Source: an uncultured Actinomycetes bacterium (GTDB lineage: Bacteria; Actinomycetota; Acidimicrobiia; IMCC26256; PALSA-610). From it: 64,000 nucleotides of DNA. The notes under the pieces are model-generated. The model ran no database searches. It saw nothing but the letters and a program-made list of their open reading frames with translations, and had not been told where the DNA came from. Shown here in pieces: positions 47,129 through 58,302 of the stretch (its first letter is position 1; each line of letters starts with the position of its first letter). The stretch is from contig CAWAJR010000005.1 of the NCBI GenBank assembly GCA_963782465.1, forward strand, positions 321,671-385,670. Reading direction: 5' to 3'. The position numbers and the translations under genes are program-made.

Positions 47129-47960
47129 ATGGCGCAGTCGACCACACAGTCCCGTCCCGTGACGGAGCCGGTCGCACCAATCAGGAAACCGCGGCGCCGA
47201 GCCCCGTGGCCGGTCGAGTTCTACCGGTCGAGCGTCGGCAAGAAGTGGGTGATGGCCGTGTCGGGCATCATCCTGTTGAGCTTCGTGCTGGTCCACATGA
47301 TCGGCAACCTGAAGCTCTACTTGTCGAAGCAGGAGATCAACCTCTACGGCGAGGCGCTGCGCACCATGCCGGGCCACCTGCTCCCGCGCACCTGGCTGCT
47401 GTGGGGCATCCGTTCGACGCTCATCGCGGCGTTCGTGTTCCACATTCACTCGGCGTACGGGCTCACGGTCATCAACCGCAAGGCCCGCCCCATGCAGTAC
47501 CAGTCGAAGCGTGACTACGTGGCCGCGAACTTCGCGTCACGCACGATGCGCTGGACCGGCGTCATCATCCTGCTCTACGTGCTGTTCCACCTCGCCGACC
47601 TCACCTGGGGAATGGCGAACCCGGAGTTCGTGCGGGGCGATCCCTACAACAACCTGGTGTACAGCCTGCAACGGCCGGCGGTGGCAGCGATCTACATCAT
47701 CGCCACGATCGCGCTCTGCATCCACCTCACCCACGGTGTGTGGAGCATGTTCCAGAGCCTCGGTATCAACAACCCCCGCATCAACGCGGCCAAGCGCCCG
47801 TTTGCGTACGGCTTCGCGCTCGGTGATCCTCCTCGGCAACCTCAGCTTCCCGATCGCGATCCAGTTGCACCTCGTCAAGACCGAATGCCCTCACGCTCCG
47901 ACGACGCTGTCCTGCTCCGTCGCGGCGCGTGAGCACAAGTTGAATGAGATCAACCGATGA
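47129..47960 (+). CDS. sdhC: Succinate dehydrogenase cytochrome b subunit (b558-type), one frameshift near 47822
   Basis: Five-TM pattern with heme His residues ([38 protein letters not shown]). The tail in ORF 47511-47960 ends in an ATGA overlap with sdhA. Confidence 0.8.
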
Positions 47961-49903
47961 CTGCTACCGCGACGACGTCGAGCGATTCGGGCCTCGATTC
48001 AAAGGTGCCCGCCGGGCCGATCGCCGAGAAGTGGGACAACCACAAGTTCGACATCAAACTCGTCAACCCGGCGAACAAGCGCCGGTTCCACATCATCGTG
48101 ATCGGCAGCGGCCTCGCGGGGGCCTCTGCATCGGCGAGCCTCGCCGAACTCGGTTACCGCGTCACGTGCATCACCTATCACGACTCGCCCCGGCGCGCGC
48201 ACAGCATCGCCGCACAGGGCGGGATCAACGCAGCGAAGAACTACAAGAACGACGGCGACAGCGTCTTCCGCCTCTTCTACGACACCGTGAAGGGCGGCGA
48301 CTACCGCTCCCGCGAAGCGAACGTGTACCGCCTCGCGCAGGTGAGTGTCGACATCATCGACCAGTGCGTCGCGCAGGGCGTGCCGTTCGCGCGCGAGTAC
48401 GGGGGGTTGCTCGACAACCGTTCGTTCGGCGGCGCGCAGGTATCGCGCACGTTCTACGCGCGCGGCCAGACCGGCCAGCAGTTGCTCCTCGGCGCGTACC
48501 AGGCGCTGATGCGGCAGGTGCACCTGGGTACCGTCGAGTTGTTGCCGCGCACGGAGATGCTCGACGTCGTGCTGAAGGACGGCGTCGCGGCGGGTGTCGT
48601 CTGCCGCGACATCGAGCACGGCGACGTGTTCGCCGTTTCGGGTCACGCGGTCGTGCTCGCGACCGGCGGCTACGGCAACGCCTTCTACTTGTCGACGAAC
48701 GCCAAGCAGTGCAACGTCACCGCGACGTGGCGGGCGGCGAAGAAGGGTGCCTTCTTCGCCAACCCGTGCTACACGCAGATCCACCCCACCTGCATCCCGG
48801 CGAGCGACGAGTTCCAGTCGAAGCTCACCCTGATGTCGGAGTCGCTACGCAACGACGGCCGGATCTGGGTTCCGAAGAACACCGAAGACACCCGGCCCGC
48901 CGGCTCGATCCCCGAGGCCGACCGCGACTACTTCCTCGAACGTCGCTACCCCGCGTTCGGCAACCTCGTGCCGCGCGACGTCGCGTCGCGCGCGATCAAG
49001 CGCGAAGTCGACGCCGGACGCGGTGTGGGGCCGCTCAAGAACGGCGCCTACCTCGACTTCGGCGAAGCGATCGACCGCCTCGGTCACGACACCATCGAAG
49101 CGCGTTACGGGAACCTCTTCGAGATGTACGACCGCATCACCGACGAGAACCCGTACAAACAACCGATGCGGATCTACCCGGCCGTCCACTACACGATGGG
49201 TGGTCTCTGGGTCGACTACAACCTGATGAGCAACATCCCGGGCGTGTACGTGATCGGCGAGGCCAACTTCTCCGATCACGGCGCCAACCGCCTCGGCGCG
49301 AGCGCACTGATGCAGGGTCTGGCCGACGGCTACTTCGTGCTCCCCTACACGATCGGCGACTACCTCGCGCCGTTGCTCGGCACGGAACCCGTGCCGGTCG
49401 ACGACCCGGTCTTCGAGGAGTCCGCGAAGGCGGTCGACGACAAGGTCAAGCGGCTGCTCTCGATCAAGGGCGAGCGAACCGTCGACGAGTTCCACCGGGA
49501 ACTCGGCAAGGTCGTGTGGGACAACTGCGGGATGGCCCGCACCGAGCAGAGCCTGCAGAAGGCGCTGTCGGAGATCCCGGCGATCCGCGACGAGTACTGG
49601 AAGAACGTGCGCGTGCTCGGCGACGACGAGACACGGAACCAGTCGCTCGAAAAGGCGCAGCGGGTGGCCGACTTCCTCGAGTTCAACGAGCTCATGTGCC
49701 TCGACGCGTTGCACCGCAAGGAATCCTGCGGCGGCCACTTCCGCGAGGAGTACCAGACGGAAGACGGCGAGGCGTTGCGCGACGACGAGAACTTCGCGTA
49801 CGTCGCGGCGTGGGAAGTGACCGGCGTCGGCCAGGCTCCCGTACTGCACAAAGAGCCGCTCGAATTCGAAACCGTCCACCTCGCGACCCGTAGCTACAAG
49901 TAG
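47957..49903 (+). CDS. sdhA: Succinate dehydrogenase/fumarate reductase flavoprotein subunit
   Basis: [27 protein letters not shown] (FAD His), [21 protein letters not shown]. Confidence 0.95.
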   Translation: MTATATTSSDSGLDSKVPAGPIAEKWDNHKFDIKLVNPANKRRFHIIVIGSGLAGASASASLAELGYRVTCITYHDSPRRAHSIAAQGGINAAKNYKNDGDSVFRLFYDTVKGGDYRSREANVYRLAQVSVDIIDQCVAQGVPFAREYGGLLDNRSFGGAQVSRTFYARGQTGQQLLLGAYQALMRQVHLGTVELLPRTEMLDVVLKDGVAAGVVCRDIEHGDVFAVSGHAVVLATGGYGNAFYLSTNAKQCNVTATWRAAKKGAFFANPCYTQIHPTCIPASDEFQSKLTLMSESLRNDGRIWVPKNTEDTRPAGSIPEADRDYFLERRYPAFGNLVPRDVASRAIKREVDAGRGVGPLKNGAYLDFGEAIDRLGHDTIEARYGNLFEMYDRITDENPYKQPMRIYPAVHYTMGGLWVDYNLMSNIPGVYVIGEANFSDHGANRLGASALMQGLADGYFVLPYTIGDYLAPLLGTEPVPVDDPVFEESAKAVDDKVKRLLSIKGERTVDEFHRELGKVVWDNCGMARTEQSLQKALSEIPAIRDEYWKNVRVLGDDETRNQSLEKAQRVADFLEFNELMCLDALHRKESCGGHFREEYQTEDGEALRDDENFAYVAAWEVTGVGQAPVLHKEPLEFETVHLATRSYK

Positions 49904-49930
49904 CAACCGGACCACGGAGTACTGCGACCA

Positions 49931-50698
49931 ATGCACCTCACCCTGACCGTGTGGCGCCAAGCGAGCGCGAAGGCGACCGGCACATTCGAGACCTACGACG
50001 TCCCCGACATCAGCCCCGACATGTCGTTCCTCGAGATGCTCGACATCGTGAACGAGCGGCTGATCAAGGACGGCCGCGAACCGATCGCGTTCGACCACGA
50101 CTGCCGTGAAGGCATCTGCGGCTCGTGCGGGATGATGATCAACGGGCAGGCGCACGGTCCCGAGCGCGGCACCGCCACCTGCCAGCTGCACATGCGCAAG
50201 TTCAGCGACGGCGCCCACGTCACGATCGAACCGTGGCGGGCGGCGTCGTTCCCCGTCACGAAGGACCTGTGTGTCGACCGCAGCCCGTTCGACGCGATCA
50301 TCGCGGCGGGCGGCTTCATCACCGCACCGACCGGGAGCGCGCCCGACGCCAACCTCATCCCGGTGCCGAAGGTGGTCTCGGACACGGCCATGGACGCGGC
50401 CGCGTGCATCGGGTGCGGGGCATGCGTCGCCGCCTGCCCGAACGGTGCGGCGCATCTCTTCACCGCCGCGAAGCTGCAACACCTCAACCTGATGCCCCAG
50501 GGCCAGGCGGAGCGGTGGGAACGCACGCTGGCGATGGTCGACACGATGGAGTCGTATTTCGGGTCGTGCACCATGCACGGCGAGTGCGAGGCCGCGTGCC
50601 CGAAAGAGATCAGCATCGACTTCATCGCCCTGCTCAACCGCGACTACGCGAAGGCGCAGACCAAGCAGCGCCGCCTCGTCGGCCAGACCTTCCCGTAA
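49931..50698 (+). CDS. sdhB: Succinate dehydrogenase iron-sulfur subunit
   Basis: [39 protein letters not shown]. Confidence 0.95.
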   Translation: MHLTLTVWRQASAKATGTFETYDVPDISPDMSFLEMLDIVNERLIKDGREPIAFDHDCREGICGSCGMMINGQAHGPERGTATCQLHMRKFSDGAHVTIEPWRAASFPVTKDLCVDRSPFDAIIAAGGFITAPTGSAPDANLIPVPKVVSDTAMDAAACIGCGACVAACPNGAAHLFTAAKLQHLNLMPQGQAERWERTLAMVDTMESYFGSCTMHGECEAACPKEISIDFIALLNRDYAKAQTKQRRLVGQTFP

Positions 50699-50702
50699 AA
50701 CC

Positions 50703-50749
50703 GACGGGCGTCGATAGCTATCGCTATGCGATAGCTATCGACGCCCGTC
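50703..50749. terminator. Perfect 22-bp-stem palindrome between convergent sdhB and the methyltransferase gene (bidirectional terminator candidate)
   Basis: GACGGGCGTCGATAGCTATCGC-TAT-GCGATAGCTATCGACGCCCGTC. Flanked by AAAACC (a U-run for the minus transcript). Overlaps the methyltransferase stop codon. Confidence 0.6.
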
Positions 50750-51605
50750 AGGGTTTGGTGGCGCTGACGATCCAGACGGCGGCATCGAGCCAGATCGCCT
50801 TGCCGTCGTGATGCGGCACGATCGCGAGCGCGATCGCGTCGTGGGCGCGGGCGCGCGTCGAGTCGTCGGCGGTGCGTAACGCAGCCGAGATCGACGGCAG
50901 GATCTCCGCCATCTCGTGGGCGACGGATATTGCGTCGCCGCCGCCGGGCAAGGCCAACTTCGTGGCGTACGGCTGGAACGCGACGTCGGTAAAGCCGGCG
51001 CGAGTCAACACGGCACGCGCGTAGTCGGGCTCGGCGAACATCGCACCGCCGGGCTCCCGCGGGCCTGAGGCCGGCGGGATCGGCAGCACCGTCGCCGCGG
51101 CCGACGACGGCAGCGAGTTCCAGGCGTTGTACTCCCGGCCCTGCCAGCACGCAAAGGCGAGCCGACCACCACTGCGAACGGCCGCGCCGATGTGCGCGAA
51201 GCCGGCGACAGGGTCGGGAAAGAACATCACGCCGAACCGGGAGAACACGGCATCGTGGGGCCCGCCGAGGTCGCCCGTGCCGGCGTCGTCCTCCGCGAAC
51301 CTCGTGTTCGCCAGGCCCGCGGCCGCGGCTCGATCCGCGGCGAGCTCGAGGAGGGGCGCGGAGAGGTCGACGCCGAGCACACGACCGCCGGGGCCTACGC
51401 GGCGGGCGATCTCGAGCGTGGTCGCGCCAGCCCCGCAACCGATGTCGAGCACCGACTCACCGTTGGCGAGCGCGAGCGCGTCGATCGCGTGCGCACCGAA
51501 CCCTTCGAACATCGCGTCGATCGCGTCGGCGTGCGCGACCCAGGTCGCGCCGAGAGCACCGTTCCAGTCGGGGGTGACGTGAGCTTCGGCGCCGGGTGTC
51601 GACAT
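50748..51605 (-). CDS. Class I SAM-dependent methyltransferase
   Basis: VLDIGCGAGATTLEIA (motif I) and GGRLAFACW. ATG 51605 lies within the longer ORF 50748-52094. Confidence 0.8.
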   Translation of the reverse strand: MSTPGAEAHVTPDWNGALGATWVAHADAIDAMFEGFGAHAIDALALANGESVLDIGCGAGATTLEIARRVGPGGRVLGVDLSAPLLELAADRAAAAGLANTRFAEDDAGTGDLGGPHDAVFSRFGVMFFPDPVAGFAHIGAAVRSGGRLAFACWQGREYNAWNSLPSSAAATVLPIPPASGPREPGGAMFAEPDYARAVLTRAGFTDVAFQPYATKLALPGGGDAISVAHEMAEILPSISAALRTADDSTRARAHDAIALAIVPHHDGKAIWLDAAVWIVSATKP

Positions 51606-51728
51606 CAGCGCGGAATGTAGCCGTCGAGCGGAACGGTAAGAACCGACACCAGGGATGTGAACTCGTGCAGCGATGACGGTCGCGTCGCTTCGTACGGTCT
51701 CGTCGTACCCGCGACGAAGGGAAAGACC

Positions 51729-52382
51729 ATGAAGCTCCGACGCTTGGCGATGGCGATGGTCGTGCTCTGCACGGCCGCACTCGCAGGTGAGGCGCACAGC
51801 GCATCCGCGGCAACCGGGAACATCCTCGGCAATCCGAGCTTCGAAGTCCCGAAGGCCCCGGCGGGCGGCCTCGCCCGGTTCGTGACCGGCTCGACGCTCG
51901 GCACGTGCCAGCTGGCGATGCCGGGATCGATCGGCTACCAGACGGGCTGCTGGCGCGTGTTCGGCGGCAACGTCGACGTTGTGAACGCGCCGTACTGGTC
52001 GGCGAAGGGCGGCAAGCAGTCGCTCGAGCTCAACGGTGCCGGCGCGGGAGACGTCCTCCAGGTGTATGCCGCGCAGCCCAACACGACCTACCACTTCTCG
52101 TTCTGGATGAGCGGCGATCCCGTCTACCCGGGCACGGTGTCGATGCTCGCGGTGCAGGAACAGTTCGACTCGTCCGGGTCGTACATCATCGGCGGTTCAT
52201 TGGGTTCGTTCTCCTTCGACACGACCGGCCACACGCCGTCGTCGATGGGGTACAAGCACGTCACGACGACGTTCACGACCGGCCCGAACACCCACTGGGT
52301 CGACGTCGAGTTGCAGAGCACCACCTTCAACGGCAACGCACCGTGGTGGGGGCCCGTCGTCGACAAGGCGACGCTGAACTGA
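51729..52382 (+). CDS. Secreted DUF642/CBM-like beta-sandwich protein
   Basis: Signal peptide MKLRRLAMAMVVLCTAALAGEAHSASA. NILGNPSFE, GKQSLELNG and YHFSFWMSG are typical of DUF642-type jelly rolls. Confidence 0.5.
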   Translation: MKLRRLAMAMVVLCTAALAGEAHSASAATGNILGNPSFEVPKAPAGGLARFVTGSTLGTCQLAMPGSIGYQTGCWRVFGGNVDVVNAPYWSAKGGKQSLELNGAGAGDVLQVYAAQPNTTYHFSFWMSGDPVYPGTVSMLAVQEQFDSSGSYIIGGSLGSFSFDTTGHTPSSMGYKHVTTTFTTGPNTHWVDVELQSTTFNGNAPWWGPVVDKATLN

Positions 52383-52399
52383 CCGTCGCGGTCGGCGGC

Positions 52400-53545
52400 T
52401 CAGGCGAGCGTGGTGTCGAGCGCCTGGCGAAGGTCGTCGACGAGGTCGTCGCCGGCTTCGATGCCCACCGACAAGCGGACCAAGGCGGGGTCGACCTCGA
52501 GCGGCGACCCCGCCGCCGACGCGTGGGTCATCCGGGCGGGATGTTCGATCAGCGACTCGACTGCCCCGAGTGATTCGGCCAGGGTGAACAGGCGCGTCCG
52601 GCTCACGACATCGAGGGCGGCATCTTCACCTTCGTACATCGTGAACGACACCATCCCGCCGAAGTCGCGCATCTGGCGTTTCGCAACGGCGTGACCGGGA
52701 TGTTCGGGGAGGCCCGGGTACAGAACTCGGGCCACCGCGTCGTGTTCTTGCAGCATGTGGGCGACGGCGTGCGCGTTCTCGCAATGGCGCTCCATACGGA
52801 GGGCGAGTGTCTTCACGCCGCGCAACACCATGTAGCAGTCGAACGGCGACGGCACCGCGCCCACCGCGTTCTGCAGGAACCCGATCTCGTCGGCGATGGT
52901 TTCGTCGTTCACCGCGACGAAACCGCCCACGACATCGGAGTGGCCGCCGAGGTACTTGGTCGACGAGTGCACGACCGCGTCGGCACCCAGCGCGAGCGGC
53001 TGCTGGAGGTACGGAGTCGCGAACGTGTTGTCGACGACGACGATCGCGTCGCGCGCGTGCGCCACTTGGGCGATTGCTTCGATGTCGACGACGGTGAGCA
53101 GCGGGTTCGTCGGCGTCTCGATCCAGACGACGCGCGTTTCGTCGCGCCACTGCGCGTCGAACGCGTCGAGGTCGGTGAGATCGACCGCCGACCACGAGAT
53201 CCCCGCCGGGTCGTGGACGCGCGCGATCAGCCGGAACGTGCCGCCGTAGGCATCGTTCCCCATGATCACGTCGTCGCCGGGGCGCAGCCGGCGCAGCAAT
53301 GCATCTTCGGCCGCGAGACCGCTCGCGAACGCGAAGCCGTGCCGCGCTCCCTCCAGCGACGCGACACAGGTCTCGAGCGCGGCGCGGGTCGGGTTGCCGC
53401 TACGCGAGTATTCGTAACCGGCGTGGTCGCCGACTCCGCGTTGCGCGAACGTCGTCGCGAGGCTGATCGGCGGGACGATGGCGCCCGTCGACGGATCGGG
53501 GTGCTGGCCGGCGTGGATGGCGCGGGTCTCGAAGGCGTCGGTCAT
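52400..53545 (-). CDS. metB: Cystathionine gamma-synthase/gamma-lyase (PLP-dependent)
   Basis: TRAIHAG, YSRSGNPT, HSSTKYLGGHSDVVGG (PLP Lys). Confidence 0.9.
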   Translation of the reverse strand: MTDAFETRAIHAGQHPDPSTGAIVPPISLATTFAQRGVGDHAGYEYSRSGNPTRAALETCVASLEGARHGFAFASGLAAEDALLRRLRPGDDVIMGNDAYGGTFRLIARVHDPAGISWSAVDLTDLDAFDAQWRDETRVVWIETPTNPLLTVVDIEAIAQVAHARDAIVVVDNTFATPYLQQPLALGADAVVHSSTKYLGGHSDVVGGFVAVNDETIADEIGFLQNAVGAVPSPFDCYMVLRGVKTLALRMERHCENAHAVAHMLQEHDAVARVLYPGLPEHPGHAVAKRQMRDFGGMVSFTMYEGEDAALDVVSRTRLFTLAESLGAVESLIEHPARMTHASAAGSPLEVDPALVRLSVGIEAGDDLVDDLRQALDTTLA

Positions 53546-53552
53546 CGCGGTC

Positions 53553-54959
53553 TCAGTCGGGGGTACGGGTGGCCATGAACGCGAGGACGTCGGACCGGGT
53601 GACGACACCGATCGGGTGGCCACCCTCGAGCACGAGCACCGCCGGGCCCTGGTCGAGGCAGGCGACGACCCGGTTCACGGGTTCCCCGACGCCGATCATC
53701 GGCATCGTCGGCGTCATGATGTCGCTCACCGGCCGGTCGAGGACGCCCTGGTCGCGGTACGCGCGGTCCATCAGTTCGAGTTCGTGTACGGCACCGATCA
53801 CTTCTTTCGCGGCGAGCGGTTCGTCGGTCGTGACGCTCACGATCAGCTGCGACACACCGGTTTCGTGCATCAACCCGATGGCGCGCCGTACGGGTTGGTC
53901 GGGGGTGATCAGTACGAGCGCGGGCGTCGCGCCGGCTTTCGCCGCGATGACGTCGCCGGCGGTGAGACCGTCGGAGCGCAGGAACCCCATGTCGAACATC
54001 CACTGGTCGTCGTAGATCTTCGAGAGGTAGTTGCGGCCGGAGTCGGGCAGCAGCACGACGACGACGTCGCCGGCACTGAGGTCGCGACCAATTTCGAGTG
54101 CGGCTTTCACCGCCGTTCCGCATGACCCGCCGATCAGCAGGCCTTCTTCGCGCGTGACACGACGAGCGGTGAGGAACGCGTCGGCGTCGCTCACCATCAC
54201 GACGCGGTCGACGATGCTCGGGTCGAACGTGGTGGGCCAGAAGTCTTCGCCCACCCCTTCGGTGAGGTAGGGACGCCCGCTCCCGCCCGAGAACACGGAT
54301 CCCTCCGGGTCGGCGCCGATGATCTGCACGGCGGGGTTCTCGCGCTTCAACGCGCGCCCGACGCCGGTGATCGTTCCGCCGGTCCCGATGCCGGCGACGA
54401 AGTGGGTGACCCGGCCCGCGGTCTGGCGCCAGATCTCCGGGCCCGTCGTCTGCTCGTGCGCGGCCGGGTTCGCCTGGTTGGAGTACTGGTCGGGGCGGAA
54501 CGCGCCCGGCGTTTCGCGTACCAACCGCTCGGCGGTCGAGTAGTACGAACGAGGGTCTTCCGGCGGGACCGCCGTGGGGCACACCACGACCTCCGCGCCG
54601 TAGGAGCGGAGCAACGACACCTTCTCGTCGCTCATCTTGTCGCTCATCACGAAGATGCAGTGGTACCCGCGTTGCGCCGCGACGATCGCGAGGCCCGCAC
54701 CGGTGTTGCCCGACGTCGGTTCGACGATCGTGCCGCCCGGTTGTAACAGCCCGTCTTTCTCGGCTGCGTCGATCATCGCGATGGCGACGCGGTCCTTGAC
54801 GCTGCCGCCGGGGTTGGTGAGTTCCACCTTGGCGAGCAGATCGCACCGCAACCCTTCGGCCGCCGCGAGCTTGCCCAGCCGCACGAGGGGTGTGTTGCCC
54901 ACCAGTTCGAGGACCGATCCGGCCACGTCCATCGCGGCGGGATGCAGGTCGTCGGCCAC
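53553..54959 (-). CDS. cbs: Cystathionine beta-synthase (PLP domain plus tandem CBS domains)
   Basis: GNTPLVRL, NPGGSVKDR, EPTSGNTGAGLA, and a C-terminal CBS pair. Confidence 0.9.
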   Translation of the reverse strand: MADDLHPAAMDVAGSVLELVGNTPLVRLGKLAAAEGLRCDLLAKVELTNPGGSVKDRVAIAMIDAAEKDGLLQPGGTIVEPTSGNTGAGLAIVAAQRGYHCIFVMSDKMSDEKVSLLRSYGAEVVVCPTAVPPEDPRSYYSTAERLVRETPGAFRPDQYSNQANPAAHEQTTGPEIWRQTAGRVTHFVAGIGTGGTITGVGRALKRENPAVQIIGADPEGSVFSGGSGRPYLTEGVGEDFWPTTFDPSIVDRVVMVSDADAFLTARRVTREEGLLIGGSCGTAVKAALEIGRDLSAGDVVVVLLPDSGRNYLSKIYDDQWMFDMGFLRSDGLTAGDVIAAKAGATPALVLITPDQPVRRAIGLMHETGVSQLIVSVTTDEPLAAKEVIGAVHELELMDRAYRDQGVLDRPVSDIMTPTMPMIGVGEPVNRVVACLDQGPAVLVLEGGHPIGVVTRSDVLAFMATRTPD

Positions 54960-54968
54960 GTTTCGACG

Positions 54969-56375
54969 CTAGCCCCGCGCCGCGGCGTACGCCGAGCGAA
55001 TCGCGGCCCGATCAACCGAATTCGCCGGAACGACCTCCATCTGTGTTTCGCCGAACCACTCGCGGGCCACCGCTGCGGGTGGCCGGCCGGCGAACGCGGC
55101 GGCGGCTTGCACGCACGCACCCGCCGCGACGTGCTCGTTGCCGGCCGGCACCGACACCACCCGCCCGCTCAGGTCGGCGAGCACCTGCGGGTAGGCACGA
55201 GCGCGGGCGCCGCCGCCCACGACGACCAGGCGGCCCGACGTGCTCGCGGCCACCCCGGCTCGTTCGAGCGCATCGATGGCATCGAGCAGCCCGCACACGA
55301 CACCTTCGAACGCAGCCCGGGCCACCTGCGCGCGCGAGACGTCGGAACGCAAGCCCCGGACCGAACCCGTCGCGTCCGGACGGTTCGGTGTGCGTTCACC
55401 GTCGAAGTACGGGACGAGCACCACGCCACCGGCGCCCGGCGCCTCGCCCAACGCGAGTTCGTCGAGCTCCTCGTGGCTCGCGCCGAGCACGCGGCCGATG
55501 GCGTCGGTGACCTTCGTCGCGTTGAGCGTGCACACCAGCGGTAGGAATCGCCCGGTCGCGTCGGCGAAACCGGCGACCGCGCCGGTCGGGTCGGCGGTTG
55601 GGTGCTCCGAGACGGCGAACGCGGTTCCCGAGGTGCCGATCGACACCGCGATGTCGCCGGGCGCGAGCGCGATGCCGAGCGCGGCGGCCATGTTGTCGCC
55701 GGTACCGGCGGCGACGATCGACGCGCCGTCGAGCGCGGGGCGATGGTCGGCCGGTCCGAGCACTTCGGGGAGCGCGTGTTCCCAATCGGTTTCGCCGTCG
55801 ACGACCCGTAACAGGTCGAGCCGGTACTCGTCGTCGCGAGCGGAGTAGTAGCCGGTACCGGACGCGTCGCCACGATCGGTGACGAACTCGCCGGTGAGGC
55901 GGTACGTGAGGTAGTCGTGCGGGAGCAGCACGTGGGCGATCCGGGCGAACGCGTCCGGTTCCTTGCGGTGCAACCACGACAGTTTGGTGATCGTCACCGC
56001 GGCGACCGGCACCACGCCGCACGCATCCGCCCACGCCTGCGGGCCGCCGAGTTGTTCGACCAACCACGCGGCGTCGGCGGCCGACTCGGTGTCGTTCCAC
56101 AACTTCGCGTCACGGACCGGTTCGCCGCTCGCGTCGAGCACGACCATCCCGTGCTGCTGGCCGGCGACGGCGACGGCGGCGACAACCGGGTCGCCCGCTT
56201 CGGCCCGTGCCGCCTCGAACGCGTGCCACCACGCGCGGGGGTCCTGCTCGCTGCGCGGTGGCGTCGTTGCCGGGTGCGGCGCGCGGCCCGCGGCGACGAG
56301 CGCACCCGTGGCCGCGTCGCGCACTTCGACTTTCGTCGACTGCGTCGACGAGTCGACGCCCATGACGAGCGGCAT
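54969..56375 (-). CDS. xylB: FGGY-family carbohydrate kinase (xylulokinase-like)
   Basis: MGVDSSTQSTK, GQQHGMV, LWNDTES, GTGDNMAAALG, VGGGAR. Confidence 0.85.
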   Translation of the reverse strand: MPLVMGVDSSTQSTKVEVRDAATGALVAAGRAPHPATTPPRSEQDPRAWWHAFEAARAEAGDPVVAAVAVAGQQHGMVVLDASGEPVRDAKLWNDTESAADAAWLVEQLGGPQAWADACGVVPVAAVTITKLSWLHRKEPDAFARIAHVLLPHDYLTYRLTGEFVTDRGDASGTGYYSARDDEYRLDLLRVVDGETDWEHALPEVLGPADHRPALDGASIVAAGTGDNMAAALGIALAPGDIAVSIGTSGTAFAVSEHPTADPTGAVAGFADATGRFLPLVCTLNATKVTDAIGRVLGASHEELDELALGEAPGAGGVVLVPYFDGERTPNRPDATGSVRGLRSDVSRAQVARAAFEGVVCGLLDAIDALERAGVAASTSGRLVVVGGGARARAYPQVLADLSGRVVSVPAGNEHVAAGACVQAAAAFAGRPPAAVAREWFGETQMEVVPANSVDRAAIRSAYAAARG

Positions 56376-56397
56376 GGCCGCAACGTAGCGTGCGGCG

Positions 56398-57246
56398 ATG
56401 ACGCCGGGAACGCAATGGGAGACGCTCGCGACGGGCTACGGCCTCGTCGAAGGGCCGACGGTCGACGACCGTGGCGGCCTCTACTTCAGCGACGTGCTCG
56501 GCGGCGGCGTATACCGCCTCGACCTGGAGGGCAGCGGATCGATCGAGACGGTCGTGCCCAAGCGACGCGGGATCGGTGGCCTGGCGTTGCACGCCGACAA
56601 CGGCGTGGTGTGCTCGGGGCGCGACATCGTGCACGTGCGCGACGGCGTGACGCGCGTCCTGTACGCGATCGACGACCTACCGGGCTGGAACGACATCTGC
56701 ACCGACGCGCAGGGTCGTATCTACGCGGGCGCGTTGCGCTTCGCCGTCTTCGACCGCGATGCAGAGGTGGTGCCGGGCGAGGCGTGGCGCATCGATCGAG
56801 CGGGTGAGGCGACTTGTCTGTACGGCGACGTCGTGCACGCGAACGGCATCGCGCTCGCGCCCGACGAACGGCGCATCTATCACTCCGACACCCGATCCAA
56901 CCGTGTGCTCGTACACGATCTCGTCGATGACCGTGCCGTCGCGTCACCGCCGATCGACGTCGCCCCCTACGGGAGCCCCGACGGTCTCGCCGTCGACAGT
57001 GACGGTTGCGTTTGGGTCGCGGTACTCGGTGGGTTCGGTGTCGCTCGGTTCACGCCGGAAGGCACGCTCGATCAGCGCCTCGAAGTGCCGTCGACGTTCG
57101 TCACCAGCGTGTGCTTCGGCGGCGCGGACCGTCGCGACCTCTACGTCACGACGGCCGACAATACGGACGACGCGCTGCGGCGCGGCAGCGTGTTCCGCAC
57201 CCGGGTCGGCGCGGCCGGTGGCCCCGTGCACCCGGTGCGCATCTGA
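56398..57246 (+). CDS. SMP-30/gluconolactonase/LRE-family protein
   Basis: EGPTVDDRGGLYFSD, HANGIALAPD, PDGLAVDSDGCVWVA, DLYVTTA. Confidence 0.8.
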   Translation: MTPGTQWETLATGYGLVEGPTVDDRGGLYFSDVLGGGVYRLDLEGSGSIETVVPKRRGIGGLALHADNGVVCSGRDIVHVRDGVTRVLYAIDDLPGWNDICTDAQGRIYAGALRFAVFDRDAEVVPGEAWRIDRAGEATCLYGDVVHANGIALAPDERRIYHSDTRSNRVLVHDLVDDRAVASPPIDVAPYGSPDGLAVDSDGCVWVAVLGGFGVARFTPEGTLDQRLEVPSTFVTSVCFGGADRRDLYVTTADNTDDALRRGSVFRTRVGAAGGPVHPVRI

Positions 57247-57260
57247 GTTCCGTCCCATCT

Positions 57261-58244
57261 TCAGCCGACCGCCTTCGCCACGACCTCGCCCGCGTGTGCG
57301 ACCGCTTCGAGGCTCCAACCGTCGGCCGGCATGTTGAACACGACACCGTCGAGACCGAGGTCGAGCAGGGCACGAACCTGCTCGCCCACGGTGTCGGGGT
57401 CGCCGACCACGAAACGGGCCGACAGTTGCGCCTGGAACTCGGGCGGCAGCGTGTCCCACTGGAACCCGCGCGCCGCCAGCAGCGCGTCGCGCTTGGCGAC
57501 CGCGCCTTCCATCGTGTCGGCGAGCATCAGCGAACCGAGCGGGGTCTTGTTGATCGACGCGGGGTCGCGACCGACCGCGGCGCAGTGGGCCGCGAGCGCG
57601 TCGAGCTTGCGGGGCAACTCGTCGAAGCCGGAGTTGCAGTTCCACATGTCGGCGTACTGCGCTACGAGCCGCGCGGTGCGCTTCTCGCCCTGGCCACCGA
57701 TCATGATCGGCGGCCCACCGGCGCGCACCGGCGGCGGCGAGTTCAACGCCGATTCTGTGTGGAAGTGCTGCCCGTTGAACGTCGGACGCTCGTCGCGGAA
57801 CATCGCTCGACAGATCTGCACCGCCTCTTCGAGCATGTCGAGCCGCGCCCCGGCAGGAGGGAACTCGACGCCGAGCCCACGGTGTTCCTCCTCGAACCAG
57901 GCGGCGCCGATCCCGAGGAACGCGCGTCCCTTCGACACGACGTCGAGGGTTGTGACGATCTTGGCCAGGATCGCCGGGTTCCGGTAGGTCACACCCGTGA
58001 CCAGCGTGCCGAGCAGGAGGCGCTCGGTCCGGGCGGCGAGCGCACCGAGCAGCGTGTACGACTCGAGCATCTCGAGCTCGGGTGCACCGATGAGCGGGAG
58101 TTGGTAGAAGTGGTCCATCACCATCACGGCGTCGAAACCGGCGTCTTCTGCCGTGGTGGTGATCGCGGCGACGCGTTCGAACAAGGTGGCGGGAGTGATG
58201 CCCGGGTACGTGAAGTTGGGGATCTGCAGTCCGGCTTTGATCAT
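57261..58244 (-). CDS. LLM-class F420-dependent oxidoreductase
   Basis: GFDAVMVMDHF, GRAFLGIGAAWFEEEH, GGQGEKRTARLVAQYADMWN. Confidence 0.85.
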   Translation of the reverse strand: MIKAGLQIPNFTYPGITPATLFERVAAITTTAEDAGFDAVMVMDHFYQLPLIGAPELEMLESYTLLGALAARTERLLLGTLVTGVTYRNPAILAKIVTTLDVVSKGRAFLGIGAAWFEEEHRGLGVEFPPAGARLDMLEEAVQICRAMFRDERPTFNGQHFHTESALNSPPPVRAGGPPIMIGGQGEKRTARLVAQYADMWNCNSGFDELPRKLDALAAHCAAVGRDPASINKTPLGSLMLADTMEGAVAKRDALLAARGFQWDTLPPEFQAQLSARFVVGDPDTVGEQVRALLDLGLDGVVFNMPADGWSLEAVAHAGEVVAKAVG

Positions 58245-58260
58245 CGGGTACCCCGATCGC

Positions 58261-58302
58261 TAGATCATCGGATTCACAGATCATAGGTGAATTCTATGAT
58301 CG
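58261..58302. promoter_or_regulatory. MarR-type operator candidate: GATCATAG-N7-CTATGATC plus an upstream half-site
   Basis: Inverted repeat 58279-58286 / 58294-58301 overlaps the marR start. An additional AGATCAT lies at 58262-58268. The site is in the LLM/marR divergent region. Confidence 0.45.
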
